DNA from: Eremomyces bilateralis CBS 781.70
Taxonomy: Eukaryota
Strand: one strand, 5' to 3'
Assembly: GCA_010015585.1 (NCBI GenBank)
Contig: ML975167.1
DNA: 64,000 nt
Positions 12,980-26,093 of this stretch are shown piece by piece. Numbering within the stretch: position 1 is the stretch's first letter; each line of letters begins with the position of its first letter. The translations under genes and the position numbers were made by a program. The notes under the pieces are model-generated. The model worked only from the letters and a program-made list of their open reading frames with translations, was not told the DNA's origin and ran no database searches.

Positions 12980-15900
12980 ATGGATGAGCTCTTCGACGTA
13001 TTCGACGAGGACCCTCAAAAGGCCTCCAAAACTCCCAAAGCCCCAAAAGATGGCGCGAGCAAGAAACGACAGTCGAACGGTCATGTGAAGGCCCCAGCTG
13101 GATCCCCTAAACCAAGCAATGATGAAGATACCGCCATGTTAGACAATGCAGGCGGGTTGGGTGGCGATCAACCTACCACGGTCGGCACCGACGGTCCTGA
13201 TACCAAGCGCCAACGACGGGATGCCGAACCAGAGCCTATGGTGACGGATACATTCGAAACACAACAGTCCCGAGAGATCGCGGCTTCGGCTGGACTTCAA
13301 CCTCAGAAAGATAGTACTGCGGTGGTGCTGTCACATCAAGTCCGACATCAAGTCGCATTACCGCCAAACTACGATTATGTCCCCATCTCCCAACACAAAG
13401 CCCCGGAAACCCCAGCGCGAGTCTGGCCATTCACTCTGGATCCGTTCCAACAGGTTTCGATCGCTTCGATCGAGAGAAACGAGAGCGTCCTCGTGTCGGC
13501 GCATACGAGTGCGGGGAAGACGGTGGTGGCGGAATATGCAATCGCTCAGTGTCTGCGGGACAACCAGAGAGTGATATACACCAGCCCGATCAAGGCGCTT
13601 AGCAATCAGAAGTATCGAGAGTTTGCGCAGGAGTTCCAAGACGTCGGTCTCATGACGGGAGACGTGACCATCAATCCGACGGCGACCTGCCTCGTCATGA
13701 CGACGGAGATTTTACGATCCATGCTCTACCGTGGCTCCGAGATCATGCGTGAGGTTGCCTGGGTGGTCTTTGACGAAGTGCACTACATGAGAGACAAGTC
13801 TCGAGGGGTGGTGTGGGAAGAAACCATCATCCTTCTTCCCGACAAGGTTCACTATGTCTTCCTCTCGGCCACCATCCCGAACGCCATGCAGTTCGCCGAA
13901 TGGATCACGAAGACGCACAATCAGCCGTGCCACGTCGTCTACACCGACTTCCGACCGACGCCGCTGCAACACTACCTTTTCCCTTCCGGCTCCGACGGTA
14001 TACATTTGGTCGTGGACGAGAAAGGCGCCTTCCGAGAGGAGAATTTCCAGAAAGCGATGACGTCGATTTCGCCCGAGGCGGGAAAGAAGAAGAACATGGG
14101 AAAATCGGCGCGGGACAAGAAACAAACTGCCAACCAGAAGCCGCCGCAGTCGGACATCTACAAGATTGTGAAGATGATCATGATGAAGAACTACAATCCC
14201 GTCATTGTTTTCAGTTTCAGCAAGCGAGAGTGCGAGGATCTGGCCCTTCAAATGAGCCAGCTTGCGTTCAACGATGAGACCGAGAAAGGGATGGTCAATA
14301 AGGTCTTCTCGAGCGCCATCGAAATGCTCTCGGAACAAGACCGAGAGCTCCCACAAATTCAGCACATTCTGCCGCTGCTGAGAAGAGGTATCGGTGTCCA
14401 TCACTCGGGATTGCTGCCCATTTTGAAGGAGACCATCGAAATCCTCTTCCAAGAGGGTCTCATCAAAGTTCTCTTCGCCACGGAGACCTTCTCCATCGGA
14501 TTGAACATGCCGGCCAAGACTGTGGTCTTTACGAGCGTCCGGAAATTCGATGGCATATCGCTAAGATGGGTAACCCCCTCCGAGTTCATCCAAATGTCAG
14601 GACGTGCGGGACGACGTGGTCTAGATGACCGAGGGATCGTCATCCTCATGGTCGACGAGAAAATGGAGCCGGCGACCGCACGGGAGATCGTTCGCGGAGA
14701 ACAGGATAAGCTCAATTCGGCGTTCTATCTTGGGTATAACATGATCCTGAACCTGATGCGAGTGGAGGGAATATCCCCCGAGTTTATGCTCGAACGGTGT
14801 TTCTTCCAATTCCAAAATACCGCCAGTGTCTCCGGGTTGGAGAAGGACCTTCTGGAGCTGGAGAGCGAACGGTCGAGCATCGAGATCGCGGACGAAGGAA
14901 CGGTTCGCGACTACTACGAGCTCCGCCAGCAGCTGAACACGTACACGCAAGATGTGCGCGACGTCATCACGCATCCCAACTACTGCCTGTCGTTCATGCA
15001 GAACGGTCGCCTCGTCCGAATTAAGTATAAAGACCATGACTTCGGTTGGGGATCGGTGGTGAACTACACCGCACGCAAACCCGGGAAGGGACAAAATGCC
15101 GCGGACTTTTCTCCACAACAGTCGTATGTGATGGACGTGCTGCTCATCATCGCCAGCGACGCGTCGTTCGGGCCGCAGGTGCTTGATGACCTCCCGCCAG
15201 GTGTGCGACCGCCTCCCCCCGGCGACAAAGGCAAAGCGGAAGTCGTGCCGATTCTGCTTACTTGCGTAGAGGCAATTGGTCAATCCCGTCTATTCCTTCC
15301 CAAGGAGCTCAAATCGGTCGATAGCCGCAACAGTGCCCGGCGGATGTTGGAAGAGGTGAAGCGGAGATTCCCTGACGGAATTGCCATCTTGGATCCCATC
15401 GAGAACATGGGGATAAATGACGAATCGTTCAAGAAGCTGTTGAGGGTAAGTCGCAAGGCGTTCATGAATCAAGGAGAAAGCTAATCGTTGCCCAGAAAAT
15501 CGAAGTCTTGGAATCTCGCCTCTTCTCCAATCCGTTGCACGATTCGCCGAGACTGCCGGAACTCTACGACCAATACCACAACAAAGTCGAGCTTGGGAAG
15601 AAGATGAAACAAACAAAGCAAGAGATCACCAAAGCTCTATCTGTCTTACAGCTCGACGAGTTGAAATGCAGGAAGCGTGTCCTCCGGCGGCTCGGCTTCG
15701 TTAACGAAACCGATGTCATTCAGCTCAAGGCGCGGGTAGCCTGCGAGATCAGCACGGGGGACGAACTAGTCCTGAGCGAGCTTCTCTTCAGCAAATTCTT
15801 CAACGAGCTGACCCCCGATCAATGCGCCGCGGTCCTGAGCGTCTTCATCTTCGAGGAGCAGAGCAAGGACGAGAGCCCGCTGAAGGAGGAGCTCGCGAAA

Positions 15901-16288
15901 CCGTTCCGCGAGATTCAAAGCCAGGCGAGAGCCATCGCGAAGGTCTCCCAAGAGAGCAAATTGGCGTTGAACGAGGATGAGTACGTCAAATCCTTCAAGC
16001 ATCAGCTGATGGAGGTTGTGTTTGCATGGACCAAGGGAGCGACCTTCGCTCAAATATGGTAGGTTCTTCGTCCTATATCGCCCATACCACCGACTGACAT
16101 ATCGCAGCAAAATGACCGACGTATACGAAGGCAGCTTGATCCGCTTGTTCCGGCGTTTGGAGGAACTCCTGCGGCAGATGGCCCAGGCGTCGAAAGTCAT
16201 GGGGAGCGAGGACTTGGAGAAGAAGTTCGAAGAGGCGCTCACCAAGGTCAAGAGGGATATCGTGGCCGCACAATCTTTGTACTTGTAG
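12980..16288 (+). CDS. MTR4: Ski2-like DExH RNA helicase Mtr4/Dob1 (nuclear exosome cofactor)
   Basis: Starts MDELFDVF. Motifs [26 protein letters not shown] and KOW/arch insertion; C-terminus [12 protein letters not shown]. Introns 15446-15495 and 16059-16107. Confidence 0.97.
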
Positions 16289-16933
16289 TTCCGGGATATC
16301 TGGGATGCATGGGGTATGCTGTATAGATTAGACCTAGTTGAATAGGCGAGTTTGGCCACGAAAACCATGGATATGGTAGCTCGGGGATGATATCAGATCG
16401 ACTGCGGGACTTATTGGACCCTGAGCTTATTGCCTTTGTGCCTTGCAGCCTTAAAAGTTCGCCGGAGGGCCGCCCCATTTGTCTGTGCTTCACAATATAT
16501 TTGAAAGTGCCGACAAAATTAACACAGTGTACGGTCCGTTGCAAATTTTTGAGGCCAAGCAAACGGGAGCAACTACTACTGTATCTACTAACTAACTAGT
16601 AACTGGAGTAGACTATGATCATACAGTCTCCATCATTCATGCAAAGATCTGTCGGCAAGAAACACTAAACAAAGAGTCACGTGGGCCAACACATCAGCGT
16701 GGCCAGTGCGCAATCGGCTGTTACTCCAGCACACGTGAGTGAGTGTAATCACCACCACTTCACTCTCTCCGCTTCAAGTTGCCTCCAAGTTCTTTTTATC
16801 ACCACAACACAACTCCCATCTTGAACACCGAATTTATTGAGAGCAGACTCTCCTGGTGGCTCGGGACGTTCTGTCATCGAGTTCGGGAATTCAAAGCGGT
16901 TTTGATCGATCCTTGAAAGAAGTGGCATCAGCC

Positions 16934-17960
16934 ATGAATACTCTTATCCCTACGCAGCCACTGCTCGCTCCTCATCTGCTCCCAAACTCCCGTCTATCCC
17001 CCTCTCGTTCAAGTATGTATCCTTCTACTCCCGACTTCGTTCTGACTCTTCATATTGACAGCTTCATCTACAGTTTCCTCGCCCGCTACGTCCATGTCAT
17101 CAAGAAAGAGAAAGGCGGACGATGACATCAACAATGAAGACAATGAGATGCGGATGTCCGCCTCCCCATCCAACTCCCCGTCGATGGGCAACCGCCAACT
17201 CCCATCGTTCCCATCACAACGACATACCCAGAAGCGACTCCGACTAAACCGGGATTCCCGCTCCCTCGCCCTTCCTCGGCTGCTCGAAACCCTGGATCAA
17301 AACGAACTCCGCTCCCTCCTCCGAACCATCTGCGACCGGAACCCACAGATCTCTGCGGAAGTATCCCAGTGCGCCCCGCGGCCGAGTGTGGGTGCGGTGT
17401 TCAGCGTGTTATCCAACTACGAAAACGCATATCGTACCGCCCTCCCGTACGGCACCCGGGAGGGGTCCGATTACTCGTACAACCGCGTCCGCCAACCCCT
17501 CCTCGAACTCCTGGACGCCCTCAAAGATTTTACCCCGAACTTCCTCCCCCCGAACGAGCCACAGCCGACCATCTCCCTCGGATACCTCGACCGCGCCACG
17601 GAGATCATCCATCGGCTGCCGGAATGGGACTCCTTCCAACACAACCGACACAAGCACGACGCATACGAAGAACTTGCGGCGGCGTGGGCGGTGGTCATCC
17701 GCGAAGCGTCGAAGCGGGCGGGGGGGATCCAGCTGCATAACGGTGAGTGGGACCAGAAATTGCTCAAGCACAACGAGGCATCCGGCGGACGAATGGAGGA
17801 GGCATTGCAGGTGATGCGGCAGCAGCTGGGGTGGATCAGCGGCGACGTCGGGCGTCCGATGGCGGGATCCTCGCAGCAGGAGCATTCCGAGCCGTCGTCC
17901 ATTCGCCAACAGTTGCTGAACGGGACGTACGCACAGGGGGTCCGGGTGGGGCCGTGGTAA
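16934..17960 (+). CDS. STS1: Nuclear proteasome tethering factor Sts1/Cut8
   Basis: Intron 17013-17073. Bipartite NLS SRKRKA...KRLR; LALPRLLETLD; DYSYNRVRQPLLELLDALKDFTPNFLPP; IIHRLPEWD. Confidence 0.9.
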
Positions 17961-18577
17961 ATGACATGTTCCGAGTTTCCTTTGTGAACACTCCTTCCTT
18001 GGCGCTCGGGGGTCGGGAAATAATATCATGACTTGGATGCCTGGTACATTTCGAGAGTTCCTATTTTCCCCCAACTTCTTATACCGCCGACTTTGCATTG
18101 TACGCGGGGTTTTGCATGGGCGACTTGTGTCGGTGACGACAAACGGCCAAGGATCTGCTATCGGTGCACCGAGCATACGTTTATTAGATATTTCACGCAA
18201 TCATGGGAGTACTGAGCCTCTTTTCAAACAATTTACATTGTTCTTCGTCGTGGAAGTGTGATAACGCCTCAACTGTTCCTCGACCTCTTTCCTCGAGGCC
18301 TCCCCAGCACTGCAGTGTCTCGTTCCCTTGATGAGTAACACCAGCGCTCTTTTTAACACACAATAGGTTTCATCTGTTCCAGGTTACCTTCACATATTTC
18401 ATTGTTGCCTAACGTATTGGGGGAAACAGGATTTCATTGTCCATGAATCAATCGCACAAGATCAATAGGAGCCGATGCACATCACTTGCACAATACAGTG
18501 ACAGCTCACCCCTCCAAATCAGCTTAAGTCGTAAACCTCATTTTAGTCTTCATCCTATCACTCTCTTCGCCATACAG

Positions 18578-19325
18578 CTTTACCAAGGGTTACTTGAGCA
18601 GACTGAAGTTCCTCGGGAAGATAAAGGTTGAGTTTTATTGAATTGTCAAGAATGATTACATTGTCGAGCATGATCGCAACGTTCAACGACTCTAGTTTGC
18701 AACCAGCTCAAATTGGTGCCATTCCAGAGAAGGCGATCAAGGGGACAGCCCTATCGCATGGAGTCAAGTAAGTACATTTGAGCGGATCATTCAGTCGAAT
18801 GTCACTACGACCTCAAGGCTCGGTGACCCGGTGATATCGAAGAAGAGCTCCTAGAATACAACGTACCTAGACAAAAAGCCTTTCGCGACGTTTCGGTTCA
18901 AGTACCGGTCAATTGGTAAGGATATTAATCGCGCCTCACTTTCTCACGTCAAGTCCATATGAACGCTTACAATCAGCGGCAGCGTCACTCAAGGCTTTAG
19001 GAATCACCCCTTGAACACCCACCCCAGATCCCCTGGAGGAAAGAGAAATTGAAGATTTGACGATGGAGGAGCTTCGGAAGCGCCTTCGAAAATATGAGGT
19101 GAGCCTAGTTTAACAACTTATTTCACGGGATATTCACTAATTTCGAACGGTCTCGTATCCGAGCCGTCAAATATCAAGCATGAGGGAGTCAAGCAAGAAG
19201 GCATCAAGCCCGAGTGTGAGGTCCTGACTATTCACTAGAACGAGGATGTCGACCAGCGTCCTGCGAAGAGGGCGCGCACGAGGAGGCCAGACATTCCAGT
19301 GATCGAGATCAGTGACGACGAGTGA
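18578..19325 (+). pseudogene. Degraded tandem paralog of the 20582-21772 gene
   Basis: Translates to GAIPEKAIKGTALSHGVK | ...SS*NTTYLDKKPFATFRFKYRSI | SLKALGITP*TPTPDPLEEREIEDLTMEELRKRLRKYE | ...IPVIEISDDE*, with the same intron positions as the neighbour. In-frame stops at 18639, 18852, 19012 and 19236, plus a frameshift between 18641 and 18721. The 5' boundary is approximate. Confidence 0.88.
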
Positions 19326-20581
19326 CCTCTGCTATATCAGCATCGCTTTCAGCACACAAGACTCACGGTTGAGATGGAGCAGAATTCGACGACTCATAGC
19401 ACGGAATAGCTTACTACCCATCACTTATGGGTGCAGTCGTACATCGCCAGCGGTTCCCCGCAAGACCCATGGGGCGGGAAATCAGGAATTGAGAACAAGA
19501 CACGCTTCACGGATGTCAGGCAAAGCGTCATACACCGCTTAGTATGTACTTGCACAATAAGTTGATTCATATCTTTCGAACCGGTCGATTTTACCAGTGG
19601 CACCAGCTGCTCCTCCTCTTCGATGTTCACGATACGGGACTCTTATGGGGTCATTCCTTCCAACGAGTTTCCGAAACATTCGCTATACAAATTAATGCTC
19701 GAGCACTTCCTCGTCTACTATCCTGAGCAGCTCGAATATACTTTCGCGCAGATATATATCCGACAGGTCAGCCATGATCAGTTCATCGCCCATGTGTAGA
19801 TGTGATGGCACCACTGGAGTCCTTGAATTATTTATAGAAATAGCAAATACCGTATCGAAACCACCTCACTGGACTCTCTGGAGAACATATCGGATCCAGA
19901 TATTATGTGCCCAATTCGCCCTGTGGAAGGCGACAGGTCATATTGTATCTCGACCTATTTGAGTCCCCCAACCAGGAACCCACATCATGCGATAGGTAAT
20001 TTAGTAGAGGGGAGCTAGGTATCACTTTCGACGACGAATCCAGCTGCGGTAATGGACCGAAGGTACTTTGGCTGCAGTATTTACATGGCGTTTTCGTACA
20101 CGCAACCATCGACCATTCTTCTCACTGAGACTTTGATGAGAGGAACCGTTTGGTCATCTCAGAATCGTGGCGCGGACGCGCCTTCTCGCTGAACGCTGAA
20201 TGCTGAACGCCGAACGCAATCTTACTTCAGTCTTCAGCTACGGATATTCCAACAACAACCTTCATCACTATTCCCATTAAAACAGGTACAGAATTCATCG
20301 CTCTCGAGTGACAATAGAAGAACCATAGCGTAACCTAGCGCTATGCAGACTACTGGACTACTTAATATCACTTTCAAATGAACCTTGAGCATCAAAGAAT
20401 ATGCAAGACGTCTGTGTTATGCTTTCGTGCATACTGCTATTTTGACATCTGCCTCCGACTCACTCTCTCGCTCTAAAACCCCCTTTCATGCTACAAGTCT
20501 TCTCATTTCAACTGCGGCCTGCGCTGTCTGCTTCACTCCTAGAAGAATCTAACTAGCTAGGAGATCGACGTTATATGCATC

Positions 20582-21772
20582 ATGCGGATTCAAAGGATCC
20601 CTGGGCTCGAGGTCACGATAATTGTGAACGGACAAAGGCTTCGGGAGTACACACATGAGAACGAAGCTCCGACAGAAGCGACAGAAGCAACATGCTACAT
20701 TGAATCAAAACCAAACACGCGATTTCAAGTCTTAGTCTCAGTCGGGCCCCTTGCACAATTTGAACAAGGCGAATGTTTCTTAATTCCGGTGAATATTGAC
20801 GGAGAGAACCCTTCGTCAACGAATTCCATTTTGGAGCTGAAAAGGAAGCCATCCGATTCCAGGGGCGTTCAGTCTTACAACATCCGGGGTGCTACCAGAG
20901 TCAAAGGCGACGAATTATACCTCTACAACTACTGCTTTGCAGATCTGGACATAAGCGGTAAGTAGAGCGAAGCCGCTCTAAGATCCTTAAACTTTGCTGA
21001 TATTACATGGCAAAAGAAGATGCCCGCTTGGCGGATATCGACAGCGCCCGCAAAACTAAGCTTGCAAAGCTCGGAGAAATCGACGTGGCACTGACCAGAA
21101 TCATAAAGAAAGGGTTATCAAAGCCCGCGTCGAAAGGAAGAAAGGCCACTGACATGGGTACTGTGCCGGAGAAGGCTTTAAAGGGCAAAGCAATATCACA
21201 GCAGATCAAGTTCGTATATGTAACGGTTCTAGGGGGGACAATCGCTGATGTATCAAGGCTTGATAGGGGCGAGAGCTATGGTCCGAGCACCGTTTGGAAC
21301 TCTACTTCCCTCGATAAAAAGCCATTCGCAACATTCCGATTCAAGTATCGAAGCATAGGTATAGCAACTCCGCTACCTGAATGGCTACGAACAAAAGCAT
21401 GACCGACTAACGCTCCTGCTAGACTCCCTCAAAGCGTTGGGCGTTGTCCCCCGATCCCCGAGCCCTATTCCGCTGGAGGACAGAAGCATTGACGACCTGA
21501 CTGCCAATGAGCTGCGTGAACGTCTTCGAGAACAGGAGGTGAATAGACAATGTTTTCCCTATGAGCGGTCAACTAACGGCCAGCAGGCACTGAATCGACG
21601 TATCAAACAGGAGAAGGTCAAGCGGGAATTCAATGACATCACCACAGCGGGGGACACCGACGGCGATGATGATGTGGTGGTAGTTGGCGGACGAGTGTCG
21701 AAGCGCTCTCGACTGGGCAACGGCAATAATGGGGGTGAGATTGAGGTAATTGAGCTCAGCGACAATGAGTGA
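20582..21772 (+). CDS. Uncharacterised fungal protein (recalled as DUF7918-like) with C-terminal SUMO-site and SIM motifs
   Basis: Five exons; introns 20958-21016, 21210-21257, 21359-21422 and 21539-21583/21586. Blocks GLEVTIIVNGQRLREY, VPEKALKGKAISQ, PFATFRFKYRS, LKALGVVPRSPSP; ends VIELSDNE*. Confidence 0.85.
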
Positions 21773-22435
21773 GCCATGCTTGGACCAAGGTCCGAGAGCA
21801 GTCCCGCAAGCTACAACACGCAATGGGGGGCTTTGAACATATCCTGCGCTGATAAGGAAGAGATGATGGACAAGCTTGAGGAAAGGACATTTGCAAAAAC
21901 GAATTAGGATGACTGTATCGGTCTGAAGGATGCAAAGCTGGTGGATCGTACCGGAACAACGGCAGACGTATCACGGAAGTGTATCAAGAATTCGAGATGC
22001 ATCTCGGAACGAAAATATTCATAATGTCACAATGTTAATTTCAAAACGATTAAGCCGTTTCATGCATTTAACAACTTGATGGCGTAGAATAAAGCATAGA
22101 AATATGCTCTGGATTTGGTGCTTTCGGTTGCTCTAGGAGCCCTGGTCATGAGGTCATCAGCAATCCGAGATACGTTCGAGCCATCGACATTCTGTTCCGT
22201 TCATAATTCATATGAAGGTATTCAACCCGGGGCTATACATGAAGGCCGGTTCTCCTTTCTGACTCTTTCTCCTGATTGTTCAATCAATATTGTAGTCCCT
22301 TCTGGAACCATTCGCAACTTCGAAAGCCACCCGAGATGTGAACATCACCCCTCCAACCCCAGCGACCTCCCGAAACTGAACCGACGATGTACGGCAGCAT
22401 AAAAGCACAGCCGCTGCCCACCACGGTTGCGCAAC

Positions 22436-25272
22436 ATGGCCTCCTCGAGTCAAGAGGCGCCGAAAGTGATCCCCGCGCAGCTCTCCTTCCTCGCGATCTA
22501 CAACCCGTCGCTCGCGAAGTCCGATGAGACGTTTCGCGACCAGATCCTCTTCTACTATTCACGATCGGCGAAGCTTACGAGGAGGGTGGCTCACGATGAT
22601 ACATCCAAAGACAAGCTACGTGATGAAGAGAACGAGAAGCTGAGGCAGATTGGTTTGGCGCAGGGTATGGTAGCTTTTGCGAGGTATGGATACTCCAACA
22701 ACGAGAGGAGGGCGCGGCTCATCGTCTTCGTAGGGGCTTCAGCGGAAAGGACACGGTCGATAGTATTGAGACCGAGAAGTCCCGGATTGTAGTTGATGAA
22801 CTAGAGTCGGGATGGTGGATTCTTGCTGTATGCGACGCCCAACTACAAGTTAATCCATCTCTAATTCTGCTAGTCCATCGACTTGACGCGAGTGCCCCAA
22901 AACACCCGGTCTCCTGAAAGCAAAGTAGCTGCAGAAGGACGAAATGCAGCGCCGATTTACGAATACTCCTCACGCGAAGTCAGTCCTCCTCTCCTGCTCC
23001 TTCAGCAACTCCGTCGAGCGCACCGCCTCTTCCTTCTCCACCACGGCAATACCCTCGATGCTTTGCTCCGCCGCCTATCGCGAACGAAACTCTGCCACTC
23101 CTTGGACCGGTTCTGGGCGAAGTTTTGCAGCAACTGGGATGTCATGCTACATGGGAGTCCCGCCGTGGACGTGTTCGATGGCATCAAATTGGCCGCGGGA
23201 GGCGAGCTAGGCATGGGGGTTGGAGAAGAGGAATGGGGCAGCGGAGAGCGAGAGGTGCTTGAGGACTTTGCCAGCCGAACCGACGGGCTGGTTGATGTCA
23301 TGATTTCGCGCTTTGGGGAACCATCGAAGGTGCAGCTTCGCAAAGGACGGAATGCAGCTAAGAAAACCAACGCGAAAGATCCCGGTGAACTCGAGCCGTG
23401 GATGGGCACGAATCGGTATCCAGGGCCGAATGACGGAATCGTATTCTCAGGAGTGGGAAACCTGACCCGGGGCTCCATTCGCGACGTCTCGCATTGGATG
23501 GAATGGATATACTCCTACGGCGAGAGTGCGTATGGTGCCAAAGAGAGTCAGCGATCGGACAGACGGCAGGCGAAGAATTCCCGCATACCTAGCCGGAGCC
23601 CAGAAAGTCAGCGATCTACCTCGGGATCAAGCAGACTGGGCGTACCCAAGGCTCAAGGCCATGCTCCCGGAATCCCTCGGCCGATTGTGTCCCCGGTGGA
23701 GAGATCCCTTGACACGGTATTGAACGAGGCCGAAGGACAAAAGCCAACAGAGCCGCAATCGACCGGTGCCGGGGGGGCAACCTCGCTTGGCGATCCGGAT
23801 ACTTGGGTACGGTACTTGACTTTGGGCTATAAGTCCGGGTGGGGAAACACGGACAATACTTCCACGGCATCACAAGCCGTGTCGACGAAGCCCAAGTCGG
23901 TTCGAGACGGACTTGCCGAGGAGAGCACTTCGCCGGAGATGCGACACCTTGAGCCGCAGCCAGAGGAAGACCCCTACGACATCGAGACCAGGTTACGAGC
24001 CAGAGTGCAGAAAGAGAACCGCGGGCAGTTTATCATTGGGCTGCGAGGCAACCTCGAAGAGGACGACGAGGACGCCAACGCGAGTTCGCCGTTCGAGGAC
24101 AATGAAGAATCGGATTCGAACGACGAGCGGGACAACCGGACGCGATTGCGGACCTTGCAGGTCGAACTATCTGGGAAACTGGGGTCAGAGGGAGAGGAAG
24201 TTGAACCTGGGGGGGATGGCGGCGTAGGGACGAGACTACAAGTGCGTGTTGTTGTATACGTGGTAAGCTTGGTCGTGCAACTCGGTCCAGACGCATAATT
24301 GACCCCTTCCAGCACCGGCCGTTCATCTACGCCTTTCTCTTCGAGCCCTCCACCCCGTCTCTCTCCCTCTCGACCTTCTACCGCCATCTCCACGCCTTTT
24401 TCTCCCCGCTCCATCAGCCGTTGAGCAATAGCACCTCTCCCGTTCGATTGGCCGCACGCATCGCCATGGCGCCCCACGCGCAAACGACGAGCACCACGTA
24501 CGGTCCGTCGCCTGCCACGGCCAAGACATCGAGGATGCGGAATCCACATCCGATTTATCATATCGTTCACGACCCGACGACGATGAGCACGCATACCAGC
24601 ATCCCGAACATCCCTGAACTCCACCCTCGACACCCGATGCATATCCTGAACGTCCCTCCGCCGGCGACCCAGCCCCCGAATTGGAGTCGCGTGGAGGCGC
24701 TCCACGTCCATTCGCAGATCATCGCCACCATCGCCGCGACGAGGAAACGGCACCACGACTATGACCCGGGAGAGCCGAACGAGGATTGGAGCATGCGGAG
24801 CGAAGGCGAGAAGGAGGTTGAGCGGACCTGTCGCACGTCGAGAGGCTGGTGGGTGGTGTGGATGAAGATGCTGACCGCTGCCTCGAATGATGAGGTAGAC
24901 CCAAAGATTGGGGAAGGGAGCAAGTCAGACCGTTCTTCAACCACTGAGCCTGCCACAAGCGAACCGTCGACAGGGATGGAATCCGAAACCGAGCACACAA
25001 GCAGCGAATCCCGTTCGGAAGGATCAAAACAGCGGCAGCGCCCATCTCAACTGGTGAAGGAGGCCATCCTGATCCGACAGGCTGGGGATGCCGCCGCGTC
25101 GGCCAAAGACACCCGAAGCACGAGCCTGAACATGGGAATGGGGTTGTTCAACTTCGGCACTTCGGAGCGGACTCCACACTCGACGGTGCCCGTCCCACCG
25201 CAGCGACTGGCCGAAGGGATCGGTGTGGATGCGCGGAGCTACATCGACGGGATCCTGGGCTTAAGCATGTAA
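22436..25272 (+). CDS. CCZ1: Vacuolar fusion protein Ccz1 (Mon1-Ccz1 Ypt7/Rab7 GEF subunit)
   Basis: IPAQLSFLAIYNPSL, NEKLRQIGLAQGMVAFAR, ELESGWWILA, GVGEEEWGSGEREVLE, TSRGWWVVW, RLAEGIGVDAR. Introns 22684-22733, 22828-22873, 24263-24312. Confidence 0.9.
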
Positions 25273-25587
25273 ACCACCGAACACGTGTGTCGAGCGGATG
25301 ATGATAATCAAATATCAATTGACTGAGTACGTAGTCGTGTATGTTTCCGTCCCGCCATCATGCAAGCATTCCGCCCACCGGTCCTCAAAACCAAACCTCT
25401 ATAGAAGGGTATATATAATTCGGTGGGGGTAGGTAACTCGTCCTGTGATCTAATCTGAGGGTATTCCCCTTCCAGATGTCCGGATATCCATCCCGTCACG
25501 GCGCCCCACCCCCCTCCATCGCCCAGCGACAGATCCATCTATCCTCTCTGCATCCTAACGCTCCATTCCGCGATCCCTCCCCACCAT

Positions 25588-26093
25588 CTAGGCAAAAAGA
25601 CTCGCCCCCCCGCTCTCAATCGCCTCAATCTCCGCCGCCGACCACTTCATCCGCTGAAACCGGCGCGGCAGCTCGCTCCGGTCGAACAGCTCGCCGCGCG
25701 CGGGCGCGACGGGGCCCAGGTCCTTGCCCGGGTGGGCGCCGATGTGGCGGGCGGGCGGCGGGGGCGCGTTCAGCGGGCCGTGCTGCTGGGCTTTCTGGCG
25801 GTAAGACGCGAAGGAGTTCCAGGTGCTGGGGAGGGAGGAGGTGGGGGATTCGGGGTGGGGGTGGGGGGTATGGTCGATTGCTGAGAGGGGGTTAGTAAGG
25901 GGAGTAGGATTGAGTTTGGGTGGATGAGTTGGAGGGTGGAATGGAGGTGGATAAGCCCATAGAGGGGAGTCCATAGGAGCGATATCTACGGTAGGGCTAC
26001 CCATTCGATCTACGTACTGGCTGGAGTGGCTCTCTTCCCCAAGAACTGAATCATGGGCTGCCTGTGCTGCAACAGCCGTCGCGTCGCGTTCAT
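25588..26093 (-). CDS. KGD4: Kgd4/Ymr31 (MRPS36), 2-oxoglutarate dehydrogenase adaptor subunit
   Basis: Exon 1 MNATRRLLQHRQPMIQFLGKRATP, intron 25881-26017, exon 2 with FASYRQKAQQHGPL and ELPRRFQRMKWSAAEIEAIESGGA. Confidence 0.88.
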
